Counted from the stretch's first letter, positions 8,758 to 18,764 are shown. The stretch: DNA of 64,000 bases from Minisyncoccota bacterium (GCA_026195275.1 JAPHQU010000002.1:69964-133963); one strand, 5' to 3'. The notes: generated from the sequence alone by a model not told the origin. Numbers and translations: made by a program.

Positions 8758-10506
8758 TTACTCTGGGTTGATCTCGGCTTTGAGGCGTGCTGTTAGATCT
8801 TCAACACTCATACTCCCCACCTTGCCTTCGTCGCGACTCTCAAGCGTGACCTCTTTTTTATCGACTTCTTGCTCACCAATGACGAGGAAGTATGGAACCT
8901 TCTCAAGCTTTGTATTGCGGATCTTTTTGCCGAGTGATTCAGATGAATCATCGAGTTCAAGTCGAATACCGCTTGCTTTCAGTTGTTCAGCAACCTCCTT
9001 TGCGTACGCGGTGTGGTTCTCGCTGATGGGGAGTATCTTTATCTGCACCGGTGAGAGCCAAAGCGGGAAGGCTCCGGCAAAATGCTCGATCATGATTGCC
9101 ATGAAGCGCTCAAGCGAGCCGGCAATGGCGCGGTGGATCATGACGGGCGTCTTTTTTTCGCCGTTCTCATCAACATATGAAAGTGTAAAGCGCTCCGGCA
9201 TGACAAAGTCGAGTTGTGCGGTTGCGAGTTGACGCTCTCTACCAAGTGCGTCAAAGAACATAAAGTCGAGTTTTGGTCCGTAGAACGCCGCCTCACCCTC
9301 GACACGTTTGTAGGGAAGGTCGAGTTGCTTCGCGATATCCTCAAGTACACTTTCTGCTTTGTCCCATCCCGCAGCATCACCGAGATACTTCTCAGGTTCA
9401 TCTGGGTCGCGGACTGAAAGCGAAACCCAGAACTTTCCTTCTTGGAACATGTCGAGACTCGTATAGAATTCTTTGATAACGTGGACGATATTCTCAACCT
9501 CTTGTCTGATTTGCTCAAACGTACAGAACACATGACCGTCATCCTGCGTGATACTGCGTACGCGTGAAAGCCCGAGGAGCTCGCCTTGTTGTTCGTCACG
9601 ATAGACCATGGTGGTCTCAGCGAAGCGGAGTGGCAGTTCTTTGTATGAGCGCGGGCGACTGTCGAATATCTGGGTGTGGTGCGGACAGTTCATTGGCTTC
9701 ATAACAAACTCAGTGTCGCTCTTGCCTCGTACTTTGAAGAGCTCATCGCCAAACTTGTCCCAGTGTCCGGAGGTTTTGTACAGGTCGCTCTTAGTGATGT
9801 GTGGGATTGATACCTTGGTGTAACCGAAACGTTCTTGAATTGACATGATCTTATCAACGATCAGGTCGCGCATAAGGGTACCGCGCGGTGTAAAGAGGGG
9901 GAGACCAGGGCCGACCAGGTCTGAGAAGGTAAAGAGGTCAAGCTCCTTGCCGAGTTTGCGGTGGTCGCGTGCTTTCGCTTCTTCTTGTTGTGCGAGGTAC
10001 GCATCAAGTGCTTCTTTGTTTTCAAACGCGAGTCCGTAGATACGTGTGAGCATGGGGTTTTTCTCGTCACCGCGCCAGTATGCTCCCGCTACGTGAGAGA
10101 GTGCGAAGCTCTCCAGGTCGACTTCGCTCGATGAAGCAACGTGCGGACCCTCACAAAGGTCGACAAATTCACCGATTGTATAGGTGGTGATGTTCTCTCC
10201 TTCTTTTGCAATCCCTTCGATAAGCTCGAGTTTGTACGGTTGGTCCTTGAATAGCTCGCGCGCTTCATCAACTGATACTTCCTGACACTCCGGCTCGAAT
10301 CCCTTCTTGAGGATCTTGTGCATTTCCTTCTCAAAGCTCTTGAGGTCGCCCTCGCCGGGAATCTTTCCCTTGGAGAATTCAAAATCATAATAAAAACCGT
10401 TCTCAATTGCAGGACCAATGGCAATCTTTACCTTGGGGTCGTGTGTTAAGACGGCTGCAGCGAGCACGTGGGCAAGAGTATGGCGGACGCTCTGTAGGTC
10501 TTTCAT
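8758..10506 (-). CDS. thrS: Threonyl-tRNA synthetase (lacks N-terminal TGS domain; starts at N2/editing domain)
   Basis: HRKLGKELDLF, FRVRGKSDTEFVMKPMNCPHHTQIF, class II motifs and a C-terminal anticodon-binding domain. The N-terminus aligns with the ThrRS N2 domain (RHTLAHVLAAAV). Confidence 0.93.
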   Translation of the reverse strand: MKDLQSVRHTLAHVLAAAVLTHDPKVKIAIGPAIENGFYYDFEFSKGKIPGEGDLKSFEKEMHKILKKGFEPECQEVSVDEARELFKDQPYKLELIEGIAKEGENITTYTIGEFVDLCEGPHVASSSEVDLESFALSHVAGAYWRGDEKNPMLTRIYGLAFENKEALDAYLAQQEEAKARDHRKLGKELDLFTFSDLVGPGLPLFTPRGTLMRDLIVDKIMSIQERFGYTKVSIPHITKSDLYKTSGHWDKFGDELFKVRGKSDTEFVMKPMNCPHHTQIFDSRPRSYKELPLRFAETTMVYRDEQQGELLGLSRVRSITQDDGHVFCTFEQIRQEVENIVHVIKEFYTSLDMFQEGKFWVSLSVRDPDEPEKYLGDAAGWDKAESVLEDIAKQLDLPYKRVEGEAAFYGPKLDFMFFDALGRERQLATAQLDFVMPERFTLSYVDENGEKKTPVMIHRAIAGSLERFMAIMIEHFAGAFPLWLSPVQIKILPISENHTAYAKEVAEQLKASGIRLELDDSSESLGKKIRNTKLEKVPYFLVIGEQEVDKKEVTLESRDEGKVGSMSVEDLTARLKAEINPE

Positions 10507-10570
10507 ATACGCTCAATCATAGCAGATTAGACACAGCAGACAAAGAATACCAGACAAGAACTCACAAATG

Positions 10571-13500
10571 TTAGGTATTCGTTCTTTGGAGCGGTTTGAC
10601 CGCTTCTGCAACAATGCTGACCTCACCATTCCGGTGTGACATCCGCCCCTTGAGCCCAATGCAACGCTCTGGCTGCAAGAGGTCTTTATGTTTTGCGAAC
10701 AGCTTAGGGAAGATTACACACTCTATACTGCCACTCAGGTCGGCGATCCGGAGGAATGCCATTTGGTCGCCTTTCTTGGTAAGGATAATCCGCGCATCCT
10801 CGATGATGCCGTAGATGACAATGGGCATTCCTTCCCGAACCTCCGCCCGTGCCTCTTTGATGGTGTATTTTTGTTTGTCGAGTATCTCCTTGAAAGTATC
10901 AAGTGGGTGCCCTGAGACATACAGTCCGAGAAGCTCCTTCTCCCATGCGAGCTTCTCTGCGGGGTCGATCGGCGGGGCGTCAGGGAGACGCAGCGTGTTA
11001 TGCGGCGCGCCTACCCCTGCGCCAAAAAGTGAGTCTTGCGCTGTGTGCATCTTTGCTGATTCTTTACTGTATTCGAGAAGCGCGTCGATGTTCTCAAGCA
11101 TGGTGCCGCGACGCTCAAATTGGTCGAGCGCGCCTGCTTTGATGAGCGACTCAAGTGACTTGCGGTTGAGGTTCTTGTTGTTTGTCCTCTCAAGAAAGTC
11201 TGCGAGCGATGCATACGGACCGTTTTCTTTTCGCTCTCGGATAATACTCCTCGCGATTCCTTCGCCAAAATTCTTGATCGATGATAGACCGAACCGTATC
11301 TGCGACTTTGTATGGTCCTCTCGGTTGGGTACGACAGAGAAATCACTGAAGCTCTCGTTGATATCCGGTGGCAGAACCTCAATTCCCATCTGTGCACATC
11401 CGGCAATCGTCTCGGCAACCTTCTCCACATCTCCCGAATCAGCAGTCAGCACAGCTGAGAGGTACTCGACCGGGTAGTGTGCTTTCATGTACGCGGTCTG
11501 GTATGCAACTTTGCCGTAACTTGCGGCATGCGCCTTGTTGAAACCATACCCCTGGAACGGCTCAAAGAGCTTCCAGAGCTTCTCGGCAAACTCCTTCGTC
11601 TGGCCATGTTCGACAATTCCTTTGGTGAGCTTCTCTTTCTGAGCGGCCATCTCCTCCGGAATCTTCTTTCCAATCGCTTTGCGGAACTTATCGGCCTCAA
11701 GCCAGGAGTAGCCGGCGAGCTTGATCGAAGAGAGAAGCACGTCCTCTTGGTAGACGATCACCCCGAGTGACTCTTTGAGATATTCTTCCATACGCGGGTC
11801 GGGGTAGGAAATACGTGCGGGGTTTCGTTTGCGCTCGATGTACTCGGGGATGTTGTCCATTGGCCCCGGGCGATAGAGGGCGACCATCGCGTTGATATCA
11901 TAAATACTGGTTGGCTTGAGCTCCTTGAGGAAGTGGGTCATGCCTGAGCCGTTTAGTTGGAAGACGCCCATGGTCTCGCCGCGCGCGAGCATTTCGAATG
12001 TTTTTGTGTCATCAAGAGGGATGTTCTCAATGTCTATCTTCTCGCCATGAATCGCCTCTACTCGCTCGATTGCGTCAGCGAGAATTGCGAGGTTGGTGAT
12101 GCCGAGGAAGTCGAACTTTAAAAGTCCGATGCCGTCTTCGCCGACCGCGTGCATATCGTACTGGGTCACGAGCTTACCACTTCCTTTCGGGTCATACTGA
12201 AGCGGTACATATTCGGTAAGTGGCTTCGGCGCGATCACCACACCGGCGGCGTGGATACCCATGTGGCGCGCGCGCCCCTCAATCTTCTTCGCAAGATCAA
12301 TAACCTCTTTTACCTCGGTTTCCTTTTTATAAAGCTCAGCAAGCTCCGGCGTCATCTCAAGCGCTTTATCGATCGTCATGGGGAAGCCTTGTGAACCAAA
12401 GGGGATGAGCTTCGCGATGCGATCGCCAAGCGAGTAGGGGTGCCCGAGGGCGCGCGCGACATCGCGCACCACGCCGCGGGCGAGCATGGTACCGAAGGTG
12501 CCGATTTGTGCCACTTTGTCCTCGCCGTACTTCTCGCGCGCGTACTGGATCATCTCATCGCGCCGGTTGTCGGCGTAGTCCATGTCGATATCCGGTGCTG
12601 ACGGTCGCTCCGGATTCAAGAATCGCTCAAACGGGATTTTGTACGCAACCGGGTCCACGTTGGTGACGCCGAGTACATAGGTGGTGAGTGAGCCCGCGAC
12701 TGACCCACGAATGGTGGTGAGGATCCCTCTGCGGTGCGCCTCTTTGAGCAGGTCGGCAACAACGAGGAAATAAGTGGCGTAGCCTTTTTGTTTGATGACA
12801 CCAAGCTCGTAGTCGAGCCGCTCCCTGATTTCCGGGTCTTCAAGTGAGAGTCCGCGGCGCTCTACACCCTCGTACGCCACGTGTTTGAGTTCATCATCCG
12901 GTTCACGCCCACTCTCAATAATGAAGTTTGGGAATTGCCACTCCATCTCGATCTCCAGGTTGCACGCGTCAGCTATCTTTTGTGTATTCTCAAGTGCTTC
13001 CGGATAGTCTTTGAAATACTCGCGTGCGGTCTCCTGCGATATGAATGAGAAGTCCTCATCTTTTTCTTCCTCATATGCGTTCACCTCAGACCCGGTCTGG
13101 ATCTTGATCATGGTCTCGCGGGCGAGTCGATCTTCTTTGTCGAGGTAGTAAACATCGTGCGCGGCAACGAGCGGCACCTGAGAGCCTTTTGCAAGCTCGA
13201 CAATCTGCTGCATGAGGTCTTGGTGTCCGGCGATCTCAGGGTGGTGCGTGAGTTCGAGGTACAGGTCGTCTCCGAATACACTTTTGTACCACTTGAGCTT
13301 CTCGCGCGCCTTATCCGGATCATTCCCCTTGTATGCAAGAGAGACTTCGCTTGAGAAGGAGGGGAGAATGGCAATGAGCCCGTCTTTGTGCTTCTCGATG
13401 AGCGCATGGTCGATGCGTGGTTTGTAGTAGAAACCTTCGAGGTGTGCGGCGGTTACGAGCTGTATGAGGTTCTTGTAGCCGGTTTGGTCTTTTGCGAGTA

Positions 13501-13780
13501 GTACGAGCCGCGACCAGCGATTGTCAATGCGCGGCTCTTTGTCGTCTTTGGTGCGCACCGCGACGAACGCATCAATCCCAATGATTGGTTTAATACCTTC
13601 TTTCCGACATTTTTGGTAGAACTCAACTGCGCCGTAGAGGTTGCTATTGTCGGTGAGTGCGAGTGCCCCCATACCCTCTTCTTTCGCCCGCTTGATGAGC
13701 TCAGGAACCTTCGGAAGCGCTTGAAGAAGGGAATAGTGGCTGTGGGTATGAAGATGCAAAAACGGTCTCTCTGATACCAT
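10571..13780 (-). CDS. dnaE: DNA polymerase III alpha subunit
   Basis: PHP domain start FLHLHTHSHYSLLQAL, a GxP(M/L)(D/E)N-type motif, and a length of 1069 aa. Confidence 0.95.
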   Translation of the reverse strand: MVSERPFLHLHTHSHYSLLQALPKVPELIKRAKEEGMGALALTDNSNLYGAVEFYQKCRKEGIKPIIGIDAFVAVRTKDDKEPRIDNRWSRLVLLAKDQTGYKNLIQLVTAAHLEGFYYKPRIDHALIEKHKDGLIAILPSFSSEVSLAYKGNDPDKAREKLKWYKSVFGDDLYLELTHHPEIAGHQDLMQQIVELAKGSQVPLVAAHDVYYLDKEDRLARETMIKIQTGSEVNAYEEEKDEDFSFISQETAREYFKDYPEALENTQKIADACNLEIEMEWQFPNFIIESGREPDDELKHVAYEGVERRGLSLEDPEIRERLDYELGVIKQKGYATYFLVVADLLKEAHRRGILTTIRGSVAGSLTTYVLGVTNVDPVAYKIPFERFLNPERPSAPDIDMDYADNRRDEMIQYAREKYGEDKVAQIGTFGTMLARGVVRDVARALGHPYSLGDRIAKLIPFGSQGFPMTIDKALEMTPELAELYKKETEVKEVIDLAKKIEGRARHMGIHAAGVVIAPKPLTEYVPLQYDPKGSGKLVTQYDMHAVGEDGIGLLKFDFLGITNLAILADAIERVEAIHGEKIDIENIPLDDTKTFEMLARGETMGVFQLNGSGMTHFLKELKPTSIYDINAMVALYRPGPMDNIPEYIERKRNPARISYPDPRMEEYLKESLGVIVYQEDVLLSSIKLAGYSWLEADKFRKAIGKKIPEEMAAQKEKLTKGIVEHGQTKEFAEKLWKLFEPFQGYGFNKAHAASYGKVAYQTAYMKAHYPVEYLSAVLTADSGDVEKVAETIAGCAQMGIEVLPPDINESFSDFSVVPNREDHTKSQIRFGLSSIKNFGEGIARSIIRERKENGPYASLADFLERTNNKNLNRKSLESLIKAGALDQFERRGTMLENIDALLEYSKESAKMHTAQDSLFGAGVGAPHNTLRLPDAPPIDPAEKLAWEKELLGLYVSGHPLDTFKEILDKQKYTIKEARAEVREGMPIVIYGIIEDARIILTKKGDQMAFLRIADLSGSIECVIFPKLFAKHKDLLQPERCIGLKGRMSHRNGEVSIVAEAVKPLQRTNT

Positions 13781-13834
13781 GATAGACTTAGTATACCACT
13801 CGCGGCAGATGAGGCGCCCTGAGGAAAACTCCTT

Positions 13835-14413
13835 ATGAAAAAGGTCAAGTATATTATCGGAATCGACGAAGTGGGGCGTGGGCCGGTCGCAGGGCCGGTT
13901 TCAGTTGGTGCCGTGTTGCTCTCACGCGAGTCATCATGGCAGGACTTCGATGGGCTTCGTGACTCCAAGAAGCTTACTGAAAAAAAACGAGAAGGATGGT
14001 TTACCGAAATAAAGGAGTCAGGTGTCATTTATGCGGTCTCCTCGGTGGGTGAGCAGGTAATCGATGAAAGAGGGATTGCGTATGCAATCAGACTTGCGCT
14101 TTCCCGCTCGCTTAAAAAGCTCAGTGTCGACCCGGGGGAATGTCTCGTGCTTCTCGACGGGGGGCTTAAGGCACCGGAGGAGTATGTGAACCAACAGACC
14201 ATCATTAAAGGGGATGAGAAAGAACACGTAATTGCGCTTGCCTCGATTGTTGCCAAGGTCACCCGTGATCGCTACATGACACACATGGGGAAGCGTCATC
14301 CTGAGTATTGTTTTGAGCAGCATAAAGGATACGGCACGAAACGTCACTATGAGGCGATAGAGGAGCACGGACTGTGCCCGCTGCATCGGCGCAGCTTCTT
14401 AAGAGGTTTCTAG
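13835..14413 (+). CDS. rnhB: Ribonuclease HII
   Basis: IIGIDEVGRGPVAGPV N-terminal catalytic motif and a length of 192 aa. Confidence 0.9.
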   Translation: MKKVKYIIGIDEVGRGPVAGPVSVGAVLLSRESSWQDFDGLRDSKKLTEKKREGWFTEIKESGVIYAVSSVGEQVIDERGIAYAIRLALSRSLKKLSVDPGECLVLLDGGLKAPEEYVNQQTIIKGDEKEHVIALASIVAKVTRDRYMTHMGKRHPEYCFEQHKGYGTKRHYEAIEEHGLCPLHRRSFLRGF

Positions 14414-14476
14414 TCGCCGGTTGGCGCTCATCGTCCTTAACCACCTAGCGTCTAAAACCTAACGCTTCACGACATC

Positions 14477-14504
14477 TTGCGATTCGTAAGATATCATGTA
14501 TAAT
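14477..14504 (+). promoter_or_regulatory. Putative sigma70-type promoter for rpmF (TTGCGA-16 bp-TATAAT), probably leaderless
   Basis: TTGCGA at 14477-14482 and TATAAT at 14499-14504. The first ATG (14513) is 8 nt downstream of the -10, with no SD. Confidence 0.5.
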
Positions 14505-14512
14505 CTCGTCAT

Positions 14513-14794
14513 ATGGGAGCACGGATGCGACTTACACGATCAAAAACCGGCAGCCGCCGGAGTAACCACGGGCTTGTTGAGCCGCGTGTTTCGACGTGTC
14601 CGAACTGTCAGGCACCACAGCTTCGTCACCGGGCGTGCACAGAGTGTGGTCAGTACCGCGGTCGTGTTGTCCTCGACGTCGCTCGAAAGGCCGAGAAGAA
14701 AGCCGTAAAGGCCGAGGCACGACAGCGGGAGATGGGGGAGGCAACACCCGAGAGAGAGGGTGATACAAAGACTCCGGAGGAATCTTCAAAGTAA
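14513..14794 (+). CDS. rpmF: 50S ribosomal protein L32 with Lys/Ala/Glu-rich C-terminal extension
   Basis: RRSNHGL...CPNC...LRHRACTECGQYRG matches the bL32 zinc-ribbon pattern. An alternative start is at 14525. Confidence 0.8.
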   Translation: MGARMRLTRSKTGSRRSNHGLVEPRVSTCPNCQAPQLRHRACTECGQYRGRVVLDVARKAEKKAVKAEARQREMGEATPEREGDTKTPEESSK

Positions 14795-14839
14795 ACGCAG
14801 GGCGTTTAGCTGGGGAGGTTCCACACATTTGTTTTAGAT

Positions 14840-15769
14840 ATGGCAAATAGGCACCTTTCAAGAAGTATTGTTCTTCAAACTCTATTCGAGGTTGATTTTG
14901 ATGATGTGGCAGGAAAAGGTGTGGATATCGATGAGGCGCTCGCTCGAAACACGGACGAATTTGCTCCGGGTTCGAGCGATATTTCGTTTATGAAGCGACT
15001 CCTTGATACTGTGGTCTCAAAACGCAAGGAACTCGACGATATTATTGTAAAAGCAGCACCCGAGTGGCCAATTGAGAAGATATCGGTAGTTGATCGCAAT
15101 GTGCTGAGGATGGGGTTGGCAGAGCTTCTCTTTGCGGATCGCGCAGAAGTGCCGGCGAAAGTTGCGATCAATGAGGCAATCGAACTCGCCAAGACCTTTG
15201 GTGGAGAGAGTAGTGGCCGGTTCGTGAACGGAGTTCTTGGTGCAGTGTATAAAGAGCTTGGCGAGCCGGGCAAACACGAGACCTCAAAGAAGAAAAAGAA
15301 GAAAGAGGTACCGTATGAGGACATGCCAATCGAGCGTCTTGGTGGCGCGGTGGTGTATGCGCGCGAAGGTGAAGAGGTATACCTCGCACTCGTGCATGAC
15401 GTCTTCGGACACTGGACGCTCACCAAAGGGCATGTTGAGGAAGACGAGGAGATCAAGGATGGGATTAAGCGTAGTGTGAAGGAAGAACTCGGTATTGAGG
15501 TATCGACTGAGAAAAAACTCGGCACCAATGAGTATGTCGCGACACATCCAGAGAACGGCAAGGTCCGCAAGCAGGTGATCTACTACCTCGCCAAGGCGCC
15601 GTTTGATGATCTTATGCTTCCTGAGAACAAAGGTGGGTTGGACGACGCGAAGTGGTTCAAACTCTCGAATATCCTTGACCTCAATTTCTACGATGATATC
15701 CTCCCAATAATCACGTCCGCAATCAATTTGCTCGTGAAGAATGATGAACCGAAAGAGGCAGAAGAGTAA
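14840..15769 (+). CDS. nusB: NusB (transcription antitermination) fused in-frame to a C-terminal Nudix hydrolase domain
   Basis: The N-terminal 145 aa is NusB-like (SRSIVLQTLFEVDF...AINEAIELAKTFGGESSGRFVNGVL). A poly-Lys linker (KKKKKK) follows. The C-terminal part has a near-canonical Nudix box, GHVEEDEEIKDGIKRSVKEELGI. Confidence 0.8.
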   Translation: MANRHLSRSIVLQTLFEVDFDDVAGKGVDIDEALARNTDEFAPGSSDISFMKRLLDTVVSKRKELDDIIVKAAPEWPIEKISVVDRNVLRMGLAELLFADRAEVPAKVAINEAIELAKTFGGESSGRFVNGVLGAVYKELGEPGKHETSKKKKKKEVPYEDMPIERLGGAVVYAREGEEVYLALVHDVFGHWTLTKGHVEEDEEIKDGIKRSVKEELGIEVSTEKKLGTNEYVATHPENGKVRKQVIYYLAKAPFDDLMLPENKGGLDDAKWFKLSNILDLNFYDDILPIITSAINLLVKNDEPKEAEE

Positions 15770-15777
15770 TACTGAAT

Positions 15778-16470
15778 ATGGAAAAAGATATACACAAATT
15801 TGAAACGGCACTTGGCGTTTCTTTCAATGACATCGGCTTGCTTAAGCAAGCGTTTATTCACCGTTCATATATCAATGAGCACAAAGAGAGTGGTCTTGAA
15901 CACAACGAGCGACTCGAGTTTCTTGGGGATGCGGTTCTTGAGCTCGTGGTGACTGATTTTCTCTATAAGAAGTACCCCAAGAAGACCGAAGGCGAGCTTA
16001 CTGCGTATCGCGCGGCACTCGTTAATACAGGTTCGCTCTCAGCGGCATCAGATAAGCTTGGAGTGAATGAATACCTCTGTCTCTCAAAAGGAGAGGCGCA
16101 GGACACCGGGCGAGCGCGTCAGTATATTCTCGCAAACACTTTTGAAGCGATTGCGGGCGCGCTTTACCTCGATCAGGGCTACGAAGCGGCGCAGAAGTTT
16201 ATTGACGACAACCTCTTTCATCTCACTGAAGATATCGTCGAGAAGGGTCTCTGGCAAGACGCAAAAAGTCGCTTTCAAGAGCAGGCACAGGAGCACGCTG
16301 GTATTACCCCGCGCTACGAGCTTGTTGAAGAGCGTGGACCAGATCATGATAAGACATTTGTGATCGGTGTTTATCTCGACAAAGCGCAGATTGCGACTGG
16401 TAAAGGGCTCTCAAAACAAGAGGCAGAGCAGGATGCGGCACAAGCAGCACTTGAACTCAAGGGGTGGTAA
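15778..16470 (+). CDS. rnc: Ribonuclease III
   Basis: ERLEFLGDAVLELVV signature plus a C-terminal dsRBD. Confidence 0.9.
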   Translation: MEKDIHKFETALGVSFNDIGLLKQAFIHRSYINEHKESGLEHNERLEFLGDAVLELVVTDFLYKKYPKKTEGELTAYRAALVNTGSLSAASDKLGVNEYLCLSKGEAQDTGRARQYILANTFEAIAGALYLDQGYEAAQKFIDDNLFHLTEDIVEKGLWQDAKSRFQEQAQEHAGITPRYELVEERGPDHDKTFVIGVYLDKAQIATGKGLSKQEAEQDAAQAALELKGW

Positions 16471-16478
16471 TTGTGAGC

Positions 16479-16514
16479 AAAAACCCCGGCGCGCCTTTAG
16501 GCGCGCCGGGGTTT
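16479..16514 (+). terminator. Rho-independent terminator after rnc
   Basis: aaaaccccggcgcgcc-ttta-ggcgcgccggggtttt perfect hairpin with a T-run. Confidence 0.75.
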
Positions 16515-16538
16515 TCTTTGATATAATAGGGCGTATCT

Positions 16539-18755
16539 ATGTACTTGAAATCACTCGAACTCTCCGGATTCAAATCTTTTGCGAAGAAGAGCGAGCTTAC
16601 GTTTGCCTCAGCAATCACCGCTATTGTGGGCCCCAATGGCTCGGGAAAGTCGAACGTCGCCGAAGCGTTCCGTTTTGTGCTCGGCGAGCAGTCGCTTAAG
16701 TCGATGCGTACCAAGCGTGGCGAAGACCTTATCTGGGGTGGCTCACACACCCAGTCGCGCGGGAATCGCGCATCCGCAAGAGTGTCTTTTGACAATACCT
16801 CACGGCTCTTTGATATCGATTTTGACGAAGTGACCATTGAGCGTATTGTGCACCGCGACGGAGTGAATCAGTACCTCATCAACGGAAGCTCCGTGCGACT
16901 CAAGGATGTCGCTGAACTGCTTGCAAGTGCAAATATCGGCTCGTCCGGGCACCATATCATCTCGCAGGGCGAGGCTGATCGGCTTCTCTCGGCGAGTATC
17001 AAAGAGCGTCGCGAGATGATTGAGGATGCGCTCGGGCTCAAGATCTTTCAATACAAGAAAAAGGAGAGCGAGAAGAAGCTTGAGCAGACGGAAGAAAATA
17101 TCAACCAGGTTATGAGTTTGCGTAAGGAGATCGCGCCGCATCTCCGCTTCCTTAAACGACAGGTCGAGAAGATTGAGCGCTCAAAGCAGATGCGCGAAGA
17201 ACTCACCGAGCTTTTGCGCGACTATCTCAGGCGTGAAGAGTTTTATATTACAAGCAAGAAAGCGGATATCGCGGTACGAGCGGCTGAGCCGCGCGAGAAG
17301 CTCGCACGACTCAATGCCGAGCTTGCCGAAGCCCGTGCAACACTGGAGAAGGTTTCAGAAGAAGACGCTCGTGGCAAAGAGGTGCTCGAGGTGGAGCAGA
17401 AGCTCAGGGAGACCCGCAAAGAGCGCGACGAGCTTGCTCGGAGAGTGGGGCGGCTCGAGGGCCAGATCTCATACGCGGAGAAACATGTGCAGCGTACGGC
17501 CGACAGTGTTGTCAAACTGTCTGCAGTAAAGATGCTCGCTGACGATATCGAACGTGAGGTTGCTGATGCAATGACGCTCGATTCGCTTGACCGAGTAAAG
17601 AGTGGGCTTGAGAAGGTTCGCTCGCTTGTCGTCTCATTTTTCAATACACACAAAGAACAAGAAGGAGTCGAAGATGGCCATGGAGATATTGAAGCGCTCC
17701 GCAAAGAAAAAGATGAGCTTGACGGTAAACTCAAGGAAGCAGAAACAAAGGAGGCCGAGCTCAGGGAGACATACAAAAAGCTCCAAGAGGAGCTTGATGA
17801 GAGCAGGGAAGAGGGGCGTGATGCTGAGCGTGCGGTCTTCCGTATTACAACCGAGAAGAACACGGTTGAGGGTACATTGCGTGACCTGGCGCGTGACGAA
17901 GAGGTCCTCAAGCAGCAGGAAGCAGAGTTTAATCGTGATGTGGAAGAAGGGGCAGTACTCGGCGGAAGGCTTGTCCTTGGCTATGCGGATATTACGCTTA
18001 ACGAAGACGCGGCACGCGCTGAGGCGCGGAGCTCTCAAGAGGAGCGGAAGCGGGAGGTTGAGCGCTTGAAGATTCGTGTTGAGGAAGCCGGGGGCGGCTC
18101 AAGCGACGAGGTGCTCAAGGAGTACCAAGAGGCGAGCGAGCGCGACGAGTTTCTTGAGCGCGAGGTGCGCGACCTCGAGACATCGAGTGAGTCACTCAAG
18201 CGCGTCATTGCCGACCTTGATGAGCAGTTGGCGGTGAAGTTTCGAGAGGGGATTGTTAAAATCAACAAGGAGTTCCAGCACTTCTTTGAACTTCTTTTTG
18301 ATGGCGGCTCGGCGAAGCTTACGGTGCTTGAACAGAAGAAGCGTGTGAAGAACAATATGCTTCTTACGGGAGATTTGGGAGAGGAAGAAGCCGAGATAGA
18401 AGCCGGTATTGATATTGGTGTCTCGCTTCCACGCAAGAAAGTGAAGGGACTCCAGATGCTCTCCGGTGGTGAGCGTGCACTTACCTCAATCGCGCTTCTC
18501 TTTGCAATGAGCCAGGTGAACCCACCGCCATTTTTGATACTCGATGAGACCGAAGCGGCGCTCGATGAGGCTAACTCGCGTAAGTATGGCGAGATGATTA
18601 AAGAGCTTGCGAAGAAGACGCAGCTTATCCTTATTACCCACAATCGTGAGACGATGTCAGTCGCCGGTATCCTCTACGGGATCACTATGGGGTCAGACGG
18701 CATCTCAAAACTTCTCTCGGTCAAATTCGACGAAGCAGTGCAGGTAGCGAAATAG
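16539..18755 (+). CDS. smc: SMC-like chromosome segregation ATPase, short form lacking recognisable hinge domain
   Basis: N-terminus LELSGFKSFAKK...GPNGSGKSN (Walker A) and QGEAD. The C-terminal part has LSGGERALTSIALLFA (ABC signature) and ILDETEAALD (Walker B). It is only 738 aa, with a continuous coiled-coil-like middle and no Gly-rich hinge. Confidence 0.8.
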   Translation: MYLKSLELSGFKSFAKKSELTFASAITAIVGPNGSGKSNVAEAFRFVLGEQSLKSMRTKRGEDLIWGGSHTQSRGNRASARVSFDNTSRLFDIDFDEVTIERIVHRDGVNQYLINGSSVRLKDVAELLASANIGSSGHHIISQGEADRLLSASIKERREMIEDALGLKIFQYKKKESEKKLEQTEENINQVMSLRKEIAPHLRFLKRQVEKIERSKQMREELTELLRDYLRREEFYITSKKADIAVRAAEPREKLARLNAELAEARATLEKVSEEDARGKEVLEVEQKLRETRKERDELARRVGRLEGQISYAEKHVQRTADSVVKLSAVKMLADDIEREVADAMTLDSLDRVKSGLEKVRSLVVSFFNTHKEQEGVEDGHGDIEALRKEKDELDGKLKEAETKEAELRETYKKLQEELDESREEGRDAERAVFRITTEKNTVEGTLRDLARDEEVLKQQEAEFNRDVEEGAVLGGRLVLGYADITLNEDAARAEARSSQEERKREVERLKIRVEEAGGGSSDEVLKEYQEASERDEFLEREVRDLETSSESLKRVIADLDEQLAVKFREGIVKINKEFQHFFELLFDGGSAKLTVLEQKKRVKNNMLLTGDLGEEEAEIEAGIDIGVSLPRKKVKGLQMLSGGERALTSIALLFAMSQVNPPPFLILDETEAALDEANSRKYGEMIKELAKKTQLILITHNRETMSVAGILYGITMGSDGISKLLSVKFDEAVQVAK

Positions 18756-18764
18756 TACAAAAAT

